Shown here one piece after another: positions 1-12,870 of a stretch of 64,000 nt of DNA (its first letter is position 1; the number at the start of each line of letters is the position of its first letter). A program made the position numbers and the translations under genes. Location of the stretch: the NCBI GenBank assembly GCA_020137815.1, contig CM035352.1, positions 5,394,001 through 5,458,000 of the forward strand, read 5' to 3'. Source of the stretch: Hormiphora californensis. Lineage: Eukaryota > Animalia > Ctenophora. Below the pieces are notes generated by a model. It saw only the letters and a list, made by a program, of their open reading frames with translations, ran no database searches and had not been told where the DNA came from.

Positions 1-465
1 AGATATGACGTGTGTCAGGGGACTTCTCAGGGACAAGGGGGGACCGTAAATTAGATTTTTTACCCCCTCTTCCTCCTACTCTCTCTCTCCCTTCTCTCTC
101 TCCCACTATTATCCACGTTCTCTCCCAGTTTGCGGTGGGACTGTCTCATTTGTTTTTCTCACAAGTCTGTTAGTTTTTGCCCATGTCCATTATTGAATCT
201 TTTATCACTTCCCTTTCTCTCGATCGATTGGCGCCTTGCTACCCATTGTACGGCTTATGAATTGTTGTCAGTCCCCCCCCCCTCAGACAAGGGGCTGCTC
301 CCGTTCATTGCCAGACCTCACTTATGTGTTTTCCGACAGGAGATGTTGTCTCGAATACACGCTTCAGGGGGGATGGGTCAATATATCAGCTGTGTCTTCC
401 CACGCTCTTCACTATTGCATGCCCCCCCCCCCTCTACATTTTCTCAGACTTTGTTGGGGTTTGTA

Positions 466-641
<176 letters not shown>

Positions 642-3469
642 TGGCCGTTCTCTTGCCAGATTTCTATCATTGTCTATATATTCCGGTCCTGGGGTCCGGG
701 GGGCTGGCTAAAGGGGAAGGTACAGAGAGGCAGGGAAGGGGAAGAGACGGAGGAGAGCTTGGGGACGACGAATATGACGGTGTCCCGCTACCCGGTTGGG
801 TTTGGGAAGATTGGCACGGAGAGAGGGGTAGGCGGAGATGGAGATTGCAGAGGTAAAGAAAGACGGAAAGGGCTTAAGCTGTTCCTCATCTTGCGCCAGG
901 TTCACTTTAGCCCTTTCCCTCCTTGTGCCATTGCTTACAACGTCATTCCATTTATCCGGGTTGCTCTCCCGTTTGGATCCCGGCTTTTCCACGAAGGGAT
1001 GCAGTGATTAACTCACGTTTGGGACCCCTCTAAACTGGCTAAAAGCAAACCCCGTCACACATGCTTGGGAAATTGCCATGTTCTATCGGTCGGGACCATC
1101 CCGGGGTCTTGGCAAGTCTGACCTTCTCGAAAAATAACCCTCCAATCCGCTGCTATTCCTAAGTAACTGCATTGGTCCTCCTTCGGTGCGCAAGCAGCTT
1201 TAATGCTTTTTACAAGCGGACAACGGGAAAGAGGAATTTGCGAAGATGTTGGGTGTGAGGGAGAAAAGAGGAAAAAATTTTTGACCTTTGAAAAAGAAAG
1301 AAGTCAAATTTTTTAAAAAACCCTTTTTCCAAAAATAGGAAACTTTCTTTTCCCTTTATTGGGGCTGGTTTTTTGCTCTTTCCCTTTTTTCCCCCCCCTT
1401 TTTTCCCTTTTCCCCAAAAGACCCAAAATTCAGCCATTTTAAAAAAAAAGCAGGTCCCGTCAACATGGTCTTTTCGGTAAAGGAGAAGGGACAAGAAGAG
1501 GAGAGAGAGGGAGAGGAAAAGGAGAGAGAGAAAGAATAGAAGGGGAGAAGATAAGAGAGAAAGAGGAGATAAAGGGAAAAAAAGGGAGAAACGGAGAGGT
1601 AGAAGGGGGAAAGAAAAAGGGCAGTTTTTTCATCGATCAGGGGTTCCCCTGGTTTAATGTCACGTGTTTCTCGAAAGATATCCCGTGTTCTATTGTCCCT
1701 CTTTAAAGCCTACCCGCTTCTCTCCACCCTTTTACCCTCGCCAGCTGTCAGCATATCGTCCTCTTTCTTGGTCCCGCCCTATCCTATAACTGTGAAAAAG
1801 TCTGTACATCCTTCTCCGCTCTACAGCCTCTTGTCAGCAGCTCCTAATGTGCTATTCATGTACGCTCGCGTATCTGCTATGTCCTACTATACATGCATGT
1901 CAATCACCTCTCTGCTATAAACCCTGACTCAGCAAGTTAATTCCGTGAATAGAACTTGCAGTGGCCTCTTCGGGAGCAGCAGCTCTAGATGTTTAGGAAG
2001 ACTGAGAGACGAGGAGAGAGAGAGAGGAGAGAGATCGAGGAGAGTAGAGAGAGAACTGAGCATCCTCTCCGGAGAGCGAGAGGATGCGGAGAGAGAACTT
2101 TTACACACTAAGCTAGGTAGACGCTAAAGCGTTGCTCATTCTCACACGTCTGTGGCTGGTTTGTCTAAATTGAGAGACAGATGGGAAAAGTTGTGGTTCT
2201 AAAACTTCCTAGTTTTTCTTTTTGCCACTTGACAGCCGCGTCAACTGAATGATTACTGAGAGATGAGGTAACGAGCTAGATATAATCCAAGAGAGAGAGA
2301 GAGAGGGAGAAAGATCAGAGCGGGGGGGGGGGGGGGGGGGGGGTCGAGACTGACTGGTGCCGGTTGTTTGTACCCATTTCCGTCTGAGCCCCTTCTTCTC
2401 CACTTTATAGTATTAAACCTACAGCTATTTGTCCTGACATCAGGCACATGTCACAGCCCTCTTTCTTTATAGCTTTTGTCGCGATGCCGCCCTTACCATT
2501 TTGATAAATAGAGATGGGTTGAGAATTAAAATTATGCTTTAATGTTTGGCTTATTCAGTAACTATCAAGTCTCGCGTTCCCAATTTTAAATCCGAATTTA
2601 ATATGCGACAGTGGGCAGGTCTGTAACGGGATAACCAACTCAGCGGGTCTCTCTCGCATAAATAATGTCTCTCAGTCACGCAAACAGCAGTGAAGGGGTC
2701 GATATTCCAAGCAGTAATAATTAATTTTTACTCAGTATACAATTTCTTTCCAAATTCACTTCTCTCTCCCGTTCTCTTCGTGGGAGGATGTAACCGCCCC
2801 TTCTTGAGAGGTGGTGGTATTCTCGCAGCCGCACCTTAGAGAAGGGCACAGCCTATTTCCCTCTGTCATGATGGAGAGTCAACTGTTTTGCTTCCACTCC
2901 CACTCATTCCTCTTTAGCATGGTGAAGAGAGAGAAGAGAGGGGGGAGACGAGAGAGAGAGAGAGAGAGGTGAAAAGATGGAAGGGTGGTGCATGTGAGGA
3001 CTGCAGCACCTCGTCTTCTTTCACTCATTGTTGCTCTTCTCTGTATGTTAAACTTGCTAACAATTCTGTCTTTGTTTTAGGACTGCTTCTTTTTTAAATC
3101 CTCGTCCCAGAGTCTGGGAGTCAAATGAGCTTTGTCTAGTAGAACAGTTATAGATTGAACTTGTATATATATTGAACCAGTGGGGGGATAGTTGATAGCT
3201 TGTAGGATGTCTTCTGGAATCGTCTCTGACAGGCACGCATTATAAGGGAGTTACCCCCTCGTGATACCTGGTGGGGAAGGGAGCTGTATAATTTACTTCC
3301 CACAAACGCAATTCCTCCCTCTATCGATATTATGTGGCGTGTTTGCCGGGCTTGAGAGTTCGCGTGTGTCCCCCGGAGAGAAGGAGAAGAGAGGGTAAAT
3401 CATGCATGTTCGCGTGTCTGGTAGAGAGTGTGTAGAGGTTCATGCGCTACCCTATAATAACGCACACAC

Positions 3470-3521
<52 letters not shown>

Positions 3522-3945
3522 TCTCACTGATATTCTACACTCTATGCTTCTACTGAAACCCTATATTTCAACCCCTTCCTAACTTTGTCGGGGGTGTGTT
3601 GTTGTCTTTCTGGACACACAGACTGGTGGACAGTCCTGATATTCTCTTACCTTGCTAGTTGCTCGACCCAGTCTCCCCGTTTGAACAAAACAAATATTCG
3701 CGTGACCAGGCTCAAGTTCAATTCCTTTTTAAATTTCAAGTTCTGAATCAAACACATTCTGGTCCAGCTTAGCCCTTTTGTTTGTTTATCAAGAAGCAGG
3801 TATATTATTTTTGCCAAGCTGCTGCAACAGTACATTTCTTTGATCTCTGGCTATTTCCATCATCTTTATTTCTCTTATTAGCGTTTTTGTTGACTATCTC
3901 TCTGTCTCCCTCACTCCCCCCTCTCTATCTCTCTCTCTCTATCTC

Positions 3946-4035
<90 letters not shown>

Positions 4036-4982
4036 ACTCTCTCGCTCTCTCTCTCTCCCCAATCATCTCTTGACTACGACACACCTGTCAACACTTCTCA
4101 GTAGCTTTTTCCGCCGAATTACTAACATATATATAACAATTACATGCATTTTCGTGTTTTATTTTCTGATCTGAATGGACCATTCATCAAACTCTTCATC
4201 ATTTCCAGCCCTTTGCGTTCCAATCAGGAATCATACTCACTCAGTCTACATATAAAATAATGTTAATATAGAAGCTTTCTTTTTCTGTCTCTCAAGTCAT
4301 ATTAGTATAATATATTTACGTCATGAAAGTTCGTAGACAATTTATTTTATGTCGTAAGCTGCCAGACAGATTATCTTGGTGCTCCCCATCTCTCAAGTAG
4401 TTGTTATAAACATTTTGTCGAGTTTTTCTCTACTAACACTACCAGAGAGGACTCTGTCTTTGAGTCGTGGTTGATATGATACGTTGACTGTTTTTCACTC
4501 TGTCTGAGAGCGGTCACATGTCTTGGTATTGTGAAGATTGAGATTCAGATGTCAAAAGTACTGATTGAGACCTGATATTAAAAGAGCTATTTTAGCGGGC
4601 TGATATCATTTTTCGTTGGTAGTATATGGTATGAACGTCTAAGAAAGTAAAGGGATTCGTAATACTAATATGTCATTGATTGCGATTCGCTATAAATATC
4701 TCTTAAGAGTATTTTTCTGTACATATATGGTGCGATTTGAAGTCAGTTCAAGGTACTGATAGACTGCAGCAACATCACGTGATATTTGGTCACATGATAT
4801 AGCGATCTCCTCACGTTGTGATGCCCCCCGTACTGCTGTGTTTTTCTCATGGGAACTAATTGTCTGCAACTTGCAACTGTTATGTGTATAACCCCCCCCC
4901 CTGCATCATAAAGTCTGGTCAGTGTGCAGTACCGGCTTTGGATGACTTGTCCCTGGACGGGGACCCTGACTTGTCTAGATTA

Positions 4983-5203
4983 AAGTCGGATTTTTTGAAA
5001 CTGTCACCCCCCGAAATAACAAAATTTGCCATATCTCCTGTTCCTGATAAGATAGAGACTTGAAATTTGGAGGTTCGGAAGAACTTAGCAAGATCTTCGT
5101 AACCTCCAAATTTCAAGTCTCTATCTCGTCAGGAACCGGATTTATGGTCATTTACGAAATTTGAAAATACCCAGGGGGGTGACAGTTTCAAAAAATCCGA
5201 CTT
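4983..5203. mobile_element. MITE with TA target duplication
   Basis: TIR AAGTCGGATTTTTTGAAACTGTCACCCC and its reverse complement, flanked by TA at 4981-4982 and 5204-5205; an inner inverted repeat (gatagagacttgaaatttggaggtt) is also present. Confidence 0.85.
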
Positions 5204-6072
5204 TATAGGCTGTTAGTTATCAGATATGTTAAAGCTTTTATTGTTTGGCTTGGCTTGAACATTGGAAAGTGGGAGTTTCGATTGTTTTTAGAAAGGCAGT
5301 TAACATGACACATTGTAACAAGGCCTGTCTTCCCACGCTGACTCTCATCACCAATCAGCCTTTGTTTCTTGTTAACAGTCCCTTGGGTTCCCACAAAGTC
5401 TCCCTCCCTTCTCTCTACCCCCTCTCTCTCTCATTCCCCTTACTATCTCTCTTCTTCTTCATTCATTCTCTCTCTCTCCCACTATCTTCACCCCGAGTCT
5501 GGTCCGCTAATTTTACTCCTCTCCCTCTCTCTCTGTGTGCAGTTCCCACGTCTGATGGGGTTTTAGATTTCCAAATTAATTTCCAAGTACAGAGGGCATT
5601 ATTGAGTTGACCCCCCTCTCTCGTTTCCCTATCAGAATCAGTGTAGCTCTTGCCCCCTCAATCACTCACATCCTTCCTATTTAATGTGACGCCTAATTTG
5701 AATCTCGTCTTACTGCTTACGAAGTTATACTGGACCCCTCTCTCTCTCTCTCTTTGTCTATAAACTCTCTCCCTCTCTCTTTTCTTTTCTAATAGATAAC
5801 TTTAAATGATTTTAGTTTGCCAGGCTTCCACTACCACGCATGATTTGATAGATCTATAATTAGGTTGTCACAATGTATGCCTCTATTGATCTCATTCTCA
5901 GTCCCCCCCCTCATACAACGCTAAAAGTATGAAATATGCTATTTTGCGTTAGTTCAATATATACCCCCCTTGATCTCGCTCCTCCCCTTTGCCACTTCGC
6001 TTTGATTCCTCTAACGCACCACCTTTCTCTCTTCTAACCACACATTTCTCTGTTTAGTGACCGATCACAATA

Positions 6073-7633
6073 ATGGAAGTTGGCGTGATGCTAGAGAGTC
6101 CCAATGCCCTCTATACAGTGGCCTTCTTCGCCTTCCTCCTGGCTAGTCTGTGTAATAACGTCCTCCTTCTGCTCCTGTTCATAAGGTAACCATGGCAACC
6201 ACTCTCATCAAATCAAATCAAGATAACTATTTGTGTAGTTTTTATTTATGAAACGTGTATTCCTAACATCCCTTATTCCCCAGGAACCCGGTTTTGTTGA
6301 GCCCGACCAACCTGCTGCTAGTCCACCTTGGTGTGTGTAACATCTCCCTAGTCCTCCTCTCCCTCTCCTTCTCCCTTGTCACCACCATCACCTCCCAGTG
6401 GATATTCCCTCCTCTCATCGCCACCATCTCAGGGATATCCACCACATTCCTGGGCCTGGTTACCCCCTTCACCGCCTTCACCCTGACCAGTGAGCGGTTC
6501 TTCCTCCTCAGTAATCACAGGAGATACCGTGATGTGTACACAACACGGTCTGTTGTGTTCCGCATTGTGGCCTGCTGGGTGGTGTCAGGTGCAATGGCTG
6601 CTGTCCCGATAATTCCTGGACTTGGCGGTTATGTGTTTGATCCTAGGACAGCGGCATGTCCTGCTGGAAACACCACAACCCAGCTCCTTCCCACCGTGGT
6701 TAACGCGGTATATCTGGTACTATGGGTCTACACCGCCCAGAACATTATCACCATCCCATCAGCAGCATCAGTACCAGAACCACTCCGGCAGAAACACCAG
6801 ACTAGGACCTCACCGCGAGGTGCTAGGTACCTGGGTGTGCTACTAGTCAGTGGTGTCTACTCTCTTCACGCTGCAGTTGATGTGGTACTGACCACTCTAG
6901 AACGGTTGGGTGTGTTGGAGTCTCTAGTGGCTACAGGCCGTGCTAAGGTCATGACTTGGTACATGGTGGTTGTGGTTATGCCCCTCTTGGCTATCCTGTT
7001 CGATCCACAGCTCCGGGCTGCCTGTACCGAACTTTGTAAGAGAGGTGGGAGAGGTGGGGAGAGGAGTGATGGATATGAGTACGAGAGTGTCTTCCCCTCT
7101 GCCGCACAGAGCTGTATGCAGCAAACAAGTTTCACTAAGTAAGTTAACATTACTTTCTATTCATTTTTCTTAGTCTTTTTAATAAGCTACATTTTGTATT
7201 CTATCCCAATTCCCATTCAAAACTCTAACCCTTTTCTCTCCCCCTCAGAGTCCCAGTTCACGATTACCCGTTCGTCCAACAACACCAAGTACCTTACACT
7301 GTCCGTCACGTTTCTGCAACCCTACCACCCGGAATGGTAGGCTTCTCCCGGCCTCCACCAAACCGCCAAGTAGCGACCATCAAAACGGGCACATTGCCAA
7401 TCCGACCCTCTGCTACCCGGCCAACCCAACCACAACAACAACCCCGTATGGTTGTGAGATCACAATCCCTGAACCACGGTACCCCAACTACCATTCCTGT
7501 TACAGTGGTGAGAGGGCGGTGTGATGGTGGAAGCAGTAGCAGTGCGGGAAGTAATCGGACTGTGACTGTGAAAAACGGGAAATCTTCCAGTACCACATCC
7601 AGCTCCACTGTGGGGGAAATAGTTGATCTTTAG
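6073..7633 (+). CDS. Orphan class A (rhodopsin-like) GPCR; exons 6073-6185, 6284-7138, 7249-7633
   Basis: Multiple hydrophobic helices, SPTNLLLVHLGVCN in TM2, ERF at the end of TM3, TM4 Trp, ECL2 Cys. GT-AG introns join the ORFs in frame. Ser/Thr-rich C-tail. Confidence 0.8.
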
Positions 7634-7863
7634 AGAGACAGACTTTAGGGAGAGAACACTGTTTGGTTGATTGCAATTGTTCTATTTGAGAGCTTATATT
7701 TTCCCATGAGAAAGTGAACACAGATTGGACCAGCTGCAGAGGTCACTTGTCTGGGTTGATAGATCAGATTAATATAACCACCTGCTAGCTGCTGCAGCTG
7801 TTGTGCTTCTTTTCGTTGTGCAACAGTCGGATTATATTACGATTGGAAAATGTGTCGTGGATA

Positions 7864-8126
7864 GGGATCCCTAAAAAAGTTCAGTATTTACACAGAGTTT
7901 ACACAGTCTTTACACAGTCGTTACACCCAGAGCGCCTTTCGCACTCGATTTGCAGCGTTTTCGGAAACTTTTTTCGCCGCAGCGCTCAATTTACTCAATT
8001 GTGCAGCACACAATCCAATATTTTCTTAGAAAAAGCCGCAAAACGCAGCACGCGCCGCTCTGGGTGTAATGACTGTGTAAAGACTGTGTAAACTCTGTGT
8101 AAATACTGAACTTTTTTAGGGATCCC
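7864..8126. mobile_element. MITE with ~70-bp TIRs and TA flanks
   Basis: GGGATCCCTAAAAAAGTTCAGTATTTACACAGAG... is mirrored at ~8057-8126; TA on both sides. Confidence 0.85.
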
Positions 8127-8842
8127 TATGGAAAATGCAAAGTGGGCTGTTGATGTAATGCTGGCTTATCTCTATTATAATTTGGAGATGAACGTCGTGA
8201 TGGCCGTTCGTTCAGCGGTATCTAAGCGACAGGCTGCTCCTTCATAAAACACTTTATGTGCCCAAAGCTGGAAAGCTGTTACTCACACTTTTGGAACTTC
8301 CAGTGGAAGTTGTTGATATTTTCGAATGCCTTTTAACATGCCAGTCCCCATAGTTACCAATTCAGTTGCCATGGCAACCGTGTTGAAAGGGGCGAAAAGA
8401 ACCACCAGGCGAAGCCGGGTGGGTTATCAAAATGCCCTTACTTGAGCGCACCCAATGGGTGCGCTAGTTCAATAAGTTATTGAAACGAATTGATTTTGTA
8501 GAATTATAAGCTGTTATTGTGTTACCAAACAACAATTCCGTCTTTCACTTATTTCCATGTTATTTGGAGAATAGAAAGAGGTTGTGGCTTTTATTTCCGA
8601 AACTGTGTTCAGTGGTGGTCAAATCTCTAAATTCGGCGCGCGCATCATGTTTTGCGCGTGCATTTTCCGCGCGTTTGAGCATCGAAATTTGAAAATTTTC
8701 AAAAACTCGTGATTTGAAAATTTTCGCGGCAATCTGTTGGCATGCGCTGCAGACCCCAAGTGCGCGCGTTTTCCACGGCTTGAGGGCCTGTAGCATAGGC
8801 CAAGGCAATCTGGGTGTTTGGCGAGGGCGCCCGTTAAAATCT

Positions 8843-10291
8843 GGTAAGCGGTAAAGGTTGACCCGTCTCCTGAGAATTTTATTTTTCTTTGGCCATAACT
8901 CAGCCATTTTCATAAACATTCATAAACATTCATAAATAAATTAAGTATGGTACACAAAGTTTTAGCTCAAAAGGAGCCAACACTCAGATGACATGGAAAG
9001 TCAGCAGGTTATATGTATCAGCCACATAACGATGAAAAGCAAAACATACTTCATGAATCACCCATCTCACGGAAAACACTCGGATCATTTCTCCAGTCAA
9101 TCAAGGAGTTACTGTGCTCCACCCGGTAGCCACGAACAGGTGGTTTGTCGGGAATGGTAGTTAAGTAGGACCCAAGGGACTGTTTCAACTCGAGCAGTGA
9201 TGTTGACTCTCTCACTGCACGGGGTAGGGAATTCCACAACTGCGCTCCTCTAACACCGAATGAAGAGTCATAAGGGCCAGATATGGATTTTTGAGCGAGG
9301 TAATTGTAGCGGGGGACCAATGCTCTTGTACCAAGACGGGTGTGCTCAGTAAACAGGAGACCGGTGCCGTTTGGAACTACCTCGTGTAGAACCTTCCAGA
9401 CATGGATAATCATGTATCGTTCACGACGCCGCTGGAGGGACAAGATTTTGAGATGTTGGAGCCGATCCCAGTACCCCATACCAGAGCAGCTCTCAATCCT
9501 ACGTGTGAAGTGTCTCTGGGCTTCTTCGACCAAGGCAATATCGGACTTTTTCACCGGACTCCATAATGGACAGCAGTACTCCACCTGAGGTCTTATGATG
9601 GACTTCAGTAAAGTTAGCATTGTATCATCGGATCTGTCTCGAAACACACTTAGTGCCCAACCACTCATGCGACGAGCCTTAGCTGTTATGCTGCCTATGT
9701 GCTCAAACCATGTGCAGTCTGCAGATACAAGAACCCCTAGATCTTTGACAGTGGAACTTGGCGATATAGTCTCACCTCCAGGTCCGCTATAGAGGTAGTT
9801 ATCAGTGGAGAAAGGAAGCTCCCTCAGAAGTTGGGTGGAACGAAGTGTATAGTTCAGCACCTCGAACTTATCCTGATGGAGTGACATATTGTTGTCTATA
9901 GCCCAACGACCAAATTCATTAAGACTCAGCTGTAGATCATCTCTGTCATTGAGTGACCTAATAGCTTTCCACAGCTTAGAGTCATCTGCAAATGTTTCTT
10001 GACCAATTTGCAAAATATTGGGCTCGTTGGAAAGATGACATTGAGCTCTTTCAGATGAGCCCAAGAAAATCCAAATCGGCGCAAATTGCGCGGCGTAATG
10101 GCGCAAAATGCGCGTTTTCGCCACTACGCCGCGCAATTTGCGCCAATTTTCATTTCATTGAGCTCATTTTAAAGATCTCAATGCCCTCTTTCCAATGAGC
10201 CAAAGATTTTGCAAATTGGTCAAGAAATGGCTGAGTTATGGCCAAAACAGTTTTAAATTCTCAGGAGACGGGTCAACCTTTACCGCTTACC
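8843..10291. mobile_element. Non-autonomous Mutator-like TIR element interrupted by a LINE
   Basis: TIR GGTAAGCGGTAAAGGTTGACCCGTCTCCTGAGAATTT and its reverse complement; 9-bp direct repeat TTAAAATCT at 8834-8842 and 10292-10300. Confidence 0.85.
8911..9994 (-). mobile_element. 5'-truncated CR1-clade LINE (RT C-terminal part plus 3' tail)
   Basis: Minus-strand ORF with FADDSKL, VKDLGVLV, IRPQVEYCCPLWSP and LSLQRRRER. Stop at 9051; tandem 3' tail (CATAAACATT)n at 8911-8936. The first ~48 aa of the listed ORF come from the host MITE. Confidence 0.9.
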
Positions 10292-11023
10292 TTAAAATCT
10301 GGGTGCCTTCCATTGCTAACAATTCATCGATTTTGGCGGTCGAGACGGGTCAGGGCTGTTGTTAGGGTCGGGTTAGGGTTTCGTTTGGGGTTATCGGTTA
10401 GGGCTATCGATTCTCTATCAGATACCGTTTAGTTTACAGTTTACTCAAATCGGCCATGTGGTTCCGCGGCTATAGCCGTTTGAAAAAAGTCAGTCTAAGT
10501 GGTTGTAGGTGTACTTTTTTAGCAGCGCGCACCTGTAAACACGCTGCAAGGCAACCCAGATTATAATCGAGCCCTTTGGCGAGTGCCGACAAACGGTTTT
10601 GTAGGGTTAGGGCTAAAGTAGGGTTAGGGTTAGGGTTGGGGTTAGGCCTTGACATTTCCTACCAGATAAACTTTGAATGAGCCAAAACGGTTGAGTGGTT
10701 TGGACTTTGGGCCAAACCGTTTGGCGGTTAGAGCCATTTTAGTGAATCAACATTTTTGGCAGCGCACACCACCAAACACCCAAATTGTAACGGCGCCCAA
10801 TTTTCGCCCTCAAGTTCATCTAAAAAAATGGGGGGGGTCCAGCCCTAAAAAAGCCAATGGTACCCTGATTTTGGCCGATGGCTTGGCTTTTTTAGGGCTG
10901 GACCCCCCCCCCCCCCAAAAAATTCTCGCTACAGACGTTTTCGATTTTCAGCCCTTTGATAGTTTTGAGTGATGAGTCGTTACCTCTACCTTCCTTCCCT
11001 TTCTTAGGAAAGTTAATACTGCA

Positions 11024-11581
11024 ATGGCGACCCAATCGACATATAAAAGCTGCAGAGAGCTGTTCGAAGACGCCAAATTTAGGAAAGAGCAGGGAAATCA
11101 ATGTTTTAAATCGGGTGACTCGAAGAAAGCTAAAAAGCACTATTTGTACGCACTAATGATAACACGGTCCATTTCATCGCGAGATACAGTTGGTCGTTCA
11201 ATGGCCTTCTTCAGTGGCTCGATACAGTCCGGTCTTGTTTACGATGAGCCTCAGTCCTTCAAGGAGGATGTTGAATGTCTTGAGTCAAACTGCCAGAAAA
11301 ACTTGTCACTCATCTTTGTCAATGAGAAGAACTGGGACAAATCTCTGGAGTACAGCAAACTTGCTCTGGAGAGAAATGAACATGATCCCAAATCACTGTA
11401 TCGACACTCTTTGTCAGCCCTAAATCTCGGCTTATTAGACGCAGCTGAGTCTTGTTGTCACAAACTATTAGAGTTAGAAGCAGACAACAAATTGTATTTA
11501 AAACTTTTAAGGGACATTCAGAATCAAAATGCGGCGAACAAGAATAGAGAGAAACAGATGTACAGTAGAATGTTTCAATAA
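11024..11581 (+). CDS. TPR protein, TTC9/FKBP-type TPR domain, single coding exon
   Basis: AKFRKEQGNQCFKSG, NLSLIFVNEKNWDKSLEY, KSLYR and C-terminal EKQMYSRMF typical of TTC9-like proteins. Confidence 0.85.
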   Translation: MATQSTYKSCRELFEDAKFRKEQGNQCFKSGDSKKAKKHYLYALMITRSISSRDTVGRSMAFFSGSIQSGLVYDEPQSFKEDVECLESNCQKNLSLIFVNEKNWDKSLEYSKLALERNEHDPKSLYRHSLSALNLGLLDAAESCCHKLLELEADNKLYLKLLRDIQNQNAANKNREKQMYSRMFQ

Positions 11582-11660
11582 CTCTTTGTAACATATTTTG
11601 TTAATATTTTGATGATATTTTATGTTTTATAACCCCATTTTCCCCATTTAGTAGCGCCCC

Positions 11661-12065
11661 ATGAGCGATACATCGACTCCAGTAATACAGAATATAGCAA
11701 AAGCAAACCTGGCCGACCTCGAGAAGCTGAAGGCACTGTTGGCGAGTGCCGGCGCTAACACCGCCAACCTCACCAACAACATCTTACTTCAGAACCCACA
11801 GATCCTTCAACAGGCCCAGGCCGTTCAACAACAGGCACAGCAGGCAGCAGCTGCAAAGAATAATGTGAAATCAAGGGGCGGGGTCAGTGAGCAGAGGTAC
11901 GCAGAATTATTGGCTGTTATTGAGGAGCTGACGAAGGATATCAAACCTACATATGCAGGGAACAGAATGGCTGCTGAGCGGTTAAAGAAGGGCATTGCAC
12001 TCGCCAGGACCCTGGCAAGGGATTGTCGTGTTGAGGCTGAGAGGATTGCACTGTCCAACAACTAG
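11661..12065 (+). CDS. CDK2AP1: CDK2-associated protein (DOC-1; NuRD subunit)
   Basis: C-terminal [44 protein letters not shown] matches the CDK2AP1/2 signature. Confidence 0.9.
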   Translation: MSDTSTPVIQNIAKANLADLEKLKALLASAGANTANLTNNILLQNPQILQQAQAVQQQAQQAAAAKNNVKSRGGVSEQRYAELLAVIEELTKDIKPTYAGNRMAAERLKKGIALARTLARDCRVEAERIALSNN

Positions 12066-12102
12066 AGGGGGGATAGCATCATCTCAACTTGTGGTGACCA
12101 GG

Positions 12103-12460
12103 TGGTTACAGGTGTTACCATGGTTACTGGTGTTAGGGTGGTGTTACCATGGTTACATGTGCTACCATGGTTACTGGTGTTACCATGGCTACTGGTGTTA
12201 CCATGGTTACTGGTGTTACCATGGTTACTGGTTTTACCATGGTTACTGGTGTTACCATGGTTACTGGTGTTACCATGGTTACTGGTGTTACCATGGTTAC
12301 TGGTGTTACCATGGTTACTGGTGTTACCATGGTTACTGGTGTTACCATGGTTACTGGTGTTACCATGGTTACTGGTGTTACCATGGTTACTGGTGTTACC
12401 AGGTTACTGGTGTTACCATGGTTACTGGTGTTACCATGGTTACTGGTGTCACCATGGTTA
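12103..12460. repeat. 18-bp minisatellite (GGTGTTACCATGGTTACT), ~19 copies
   Basis: Direct tandem array. Confidence 0.95.
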
Positions 12461-12870
12461 CAGGAATTTCAAGATGTATGTCGAATTATACGTGTACAAA
12501 ATGCAATGGACAGAGAGTCAGAAAAATTATAAACTGTTTATTTCACATACCTAAGAATATATATAACAATTAGCCCTTCATATGAACACTTTATTTGTTG
12601 CTCCTTTATTCAAACTACACACAGTTAATTATGTATAACATTTTTACTGATATATTAACTGCTCTTTAAATATTTGTCTTTACCTTTCCCTCTGCCCTCA
12701 GGGGTCTACTAAGTTACACTTATCCTCCCAACGGCCAACCCACAATGTATAGTTCAACTCCCCCTCACGGCTCACGCTCCCAACCCACAATGTATAGTTC
12801 AACTCCTCTCTCCCCAATCCCCATACCCCATTGATTTAGAACTCCTCTCTATAGGATTCCCAATGGTAAC

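Noticed and set aside
8445-8468. Hairpin AGCGCACCCA-A-TGGGTGCGCT followed by CTAG (Helitron 3' end?)
   Set aside because: The hairpin overlaps CTAG rather than sitting ~10 nt upstream, and no matching 5' end was found.
11995-12573. Repetitive ORFs (CYHGYW)n, (VTMVTG)n, (LLVLPW)n
   Set aside because: By-product of a stop-free 18-bp minisatellite.
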